A stretch of DNA of 64,000 bases, taken from assembly GCF_963921235.1 (NCBI RefSeq), contig NC_086117.1, forward strand, positions 43,214,001 through 43,278,000. The letters are read 5' to 3'. Under the pieces are notes generated by a model that was not told where the DNA came from, made no database searches, and saw nothing but the letters and a program-made list of their open reading frames with translations. Made by a program: the position numbers and the translations under genes. Positions 62,325-64,000 of the stretch are shown piece by piece (the first letter of the stretch is position 1; each line of letters opens with the position of its first letter). The DNA comes from Mobula hypostoma (taxonomy: Eukaryota).

Positions 62325-64000
62325 TAGACTCTTTTAAAAAAAAATCATTAGGAGGGAAAAGATGAAATATGAAAGCAAGCTAGCAAGTAATATCAAAGTG
62401 GAGAGTAAAAGCTTTATCAAGTACGTAAAAAATAAAAGAGAAACGAGAGTGGATATAGGACTGCTAAAAAATGAGGCCGGAGAAATAATAATGGGGGATA
62501 AGGAGAAGGCAGATGATCTAAATGAATATTTTACATCAGCCTTCACTGTGGAAGATACTAACAGTGTGCCAGATGTTGAAAGGTGGGAGGGAAGAGAAGT
62601 GAGTGCAGTTACTATTACAAGGGAGAAGGTGCTCAAAAAGCTGAAAGACCTACAGGTATATACCCTATGGTTTTGAAAGAGGTAGTGGTAGAGATGTGGA
62701 GGCATTAGTAATGATCTTTCAAAAATCATTGGAATCTGGCATGGTGCCAGAGGTCTGGAAAATTGCGAATGTCACTCCACTCTTTAGGACAAATTCAGTA
62801 TAGCTTCCTTAAGGGAAAATCTTGCCTGAAGAACCTGTTGGAATTCTTTGAGGAGATTACACATATGTAGTGGATGTTGTATATTTGGATTTTCAGAAGG
62901 CCTTTAACAAGGTGCCACACATGAGGCTGCTTACCAAGTTAAGAGCCCATGTCAGTTCAGGAAATTTACTGGCATGGTTAGAGCATTGGCTGATTGATGG
63001 GAGGCAGCGAGTGGGAATAAAAAGCCAACTTTTCTGGTTGATTGCCAGTGACTAGTGGTGTTCCACAGGAGTCAGTGTTGGAGCCGCTTCTTTTTATGCT
63101 GTTTATCAATGATTTAGATGATGGAATAGATAGCTTTGTTGCCAAGTTTGCAGATGATATGAACATTGGTGGAGGGATAGGTAGTATTGAGGAAACAGGT
63201 AGGCTGCAGAAGAACTTAGACAGATTTGGAGAATGGACAAAAAAGTGGCAAGTGAAATACAATGTTGGAAAATGAATAGTCATGTACTTTGGTAGTAGAA
63301 ATGAATGTGCAAACTATTTTCTAAGCTGGGAGAAAATCCAAAAATCTGAGATACAAAGGGACTTGGGGGCCGGCTGGTGGCGCAATGACATCAGCGCCGG
63401 ACTCTGGAACGGGGGTTCCCGGGTTCGAACCCAGTCGGGTCCGCTCCCGAGTACGCTTTCCATCCGTGCTGGGTTGAGTGTCGAGGTTGCAACTCGACCT
63501 TGTAAAATCAAAAAGGGAAAAGTACTGCGAAATGTCTGTGTGAGGAATGGCGTGCCACACAGTCTCTCTCTCGCTCCGCGCCTTGTAAAGGCATGAAAAA
63601 GACATCGTCCCGCCAACATTGCACACACACGGATGCACGCACACACAAGCCAAAAAAAAACAAAGGGACTTGGGAGTCCTTGTGCAAAACACCCTAAAGG
63701 TTAACATCAGGTAGAGTCGATGGTGAGGAAGGCAAATGCAATGTTAGCATTCATTTCAAGAGGTCTAGAATACAAGAGCAGGGATGTGATGCCAAGGCTT
63801 TATAAACCACTGGTGAGGCTTCACCCTAAGCATTGTAAACAGTTTTGGGCTCCTCATCTAAGAAAAGATGTGCTGGCATTGGACAGGTTTCAAAGGTGGT
63901 TCATAAGGATTATTCTGGGAATGAAAGGGTTATCATACGAGGAACGTTTGATAGCTCTGGCTCTGTATTAGCTGGAATTTTGAAGGATGAGGAAGGATCT
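62325..64000 (+). mobile_element. CR1 LINE ORF2 (plus), runs off the window
   Basis: YLDFQKAFNKVPH, TSGVPQESVL, KFADD and KANAMLAFISRG motifs. Confidence 0.92.
63368..63659 (+). mobile_element. Young tRNA-derived SINE (family B, tail type 2)
   Basis: A box TGGCGCAATGA, B box GGTTCGAACCC, poly(A). Perfect 15-bp TSD ACAAAGGGACTTGGG (63353-63367, 63660-63674). CpG-rich. Confidence 0.92.

Noticed and set aside
63368-63445. tRNA gene
   Set aside because: Has A/B boxes but continues into a SINE body, poly(A) and a 15-bp TSD; no complete cloverleaf.
1-64000. CRISPR arrays, rRNA genes or prokaryotic operons
   Set aside because: No regularly spaced repeats or rRNA signatures; the sequence is intron- and retroelement-rich vertebrate DNA.

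Overview
Vertebrate genomic DNA, about 60-70% retroelement/transposon-derived. The repeat families suggest a cartilaginous fish, probably a ray (inference). Almost all long ORFs in the track are decayed CR1, Penelope, L1, Gypsy or DNA-transposon fragments. Host genes: (1) a minus-strand multi-exon gene for a small type I membrane glycoprotein I cannot name, with a signal-peptide exon at 46784-46841, a Ser/Thr-rich exon at 36559-36740, a linker exon at 34017-34056 and a TM exon at 20956-21112, all with compatible splice phases; (2) a CpG-rich, apparently bidirectional promoter at ~55.2-55.45 kb carrying the first exon of a plus-strand gene. Most interesting items: a 570-bp non-coding retroposon (61160-61729) whose 5' end folds into a complete HDV-like ribozyme; a Gypsy LTR element (27599-30207) whose pol core is replaced by an intron-less RBM25 RRM fragment, in frame at both junctions; minimal hammerhead ribozymes in Penelope-like elements, including a 95-bp ribozyme-only insertion; and two tRNA-SINEs with the same head but different tails. 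A 151-N gap lies at 38435-38585.
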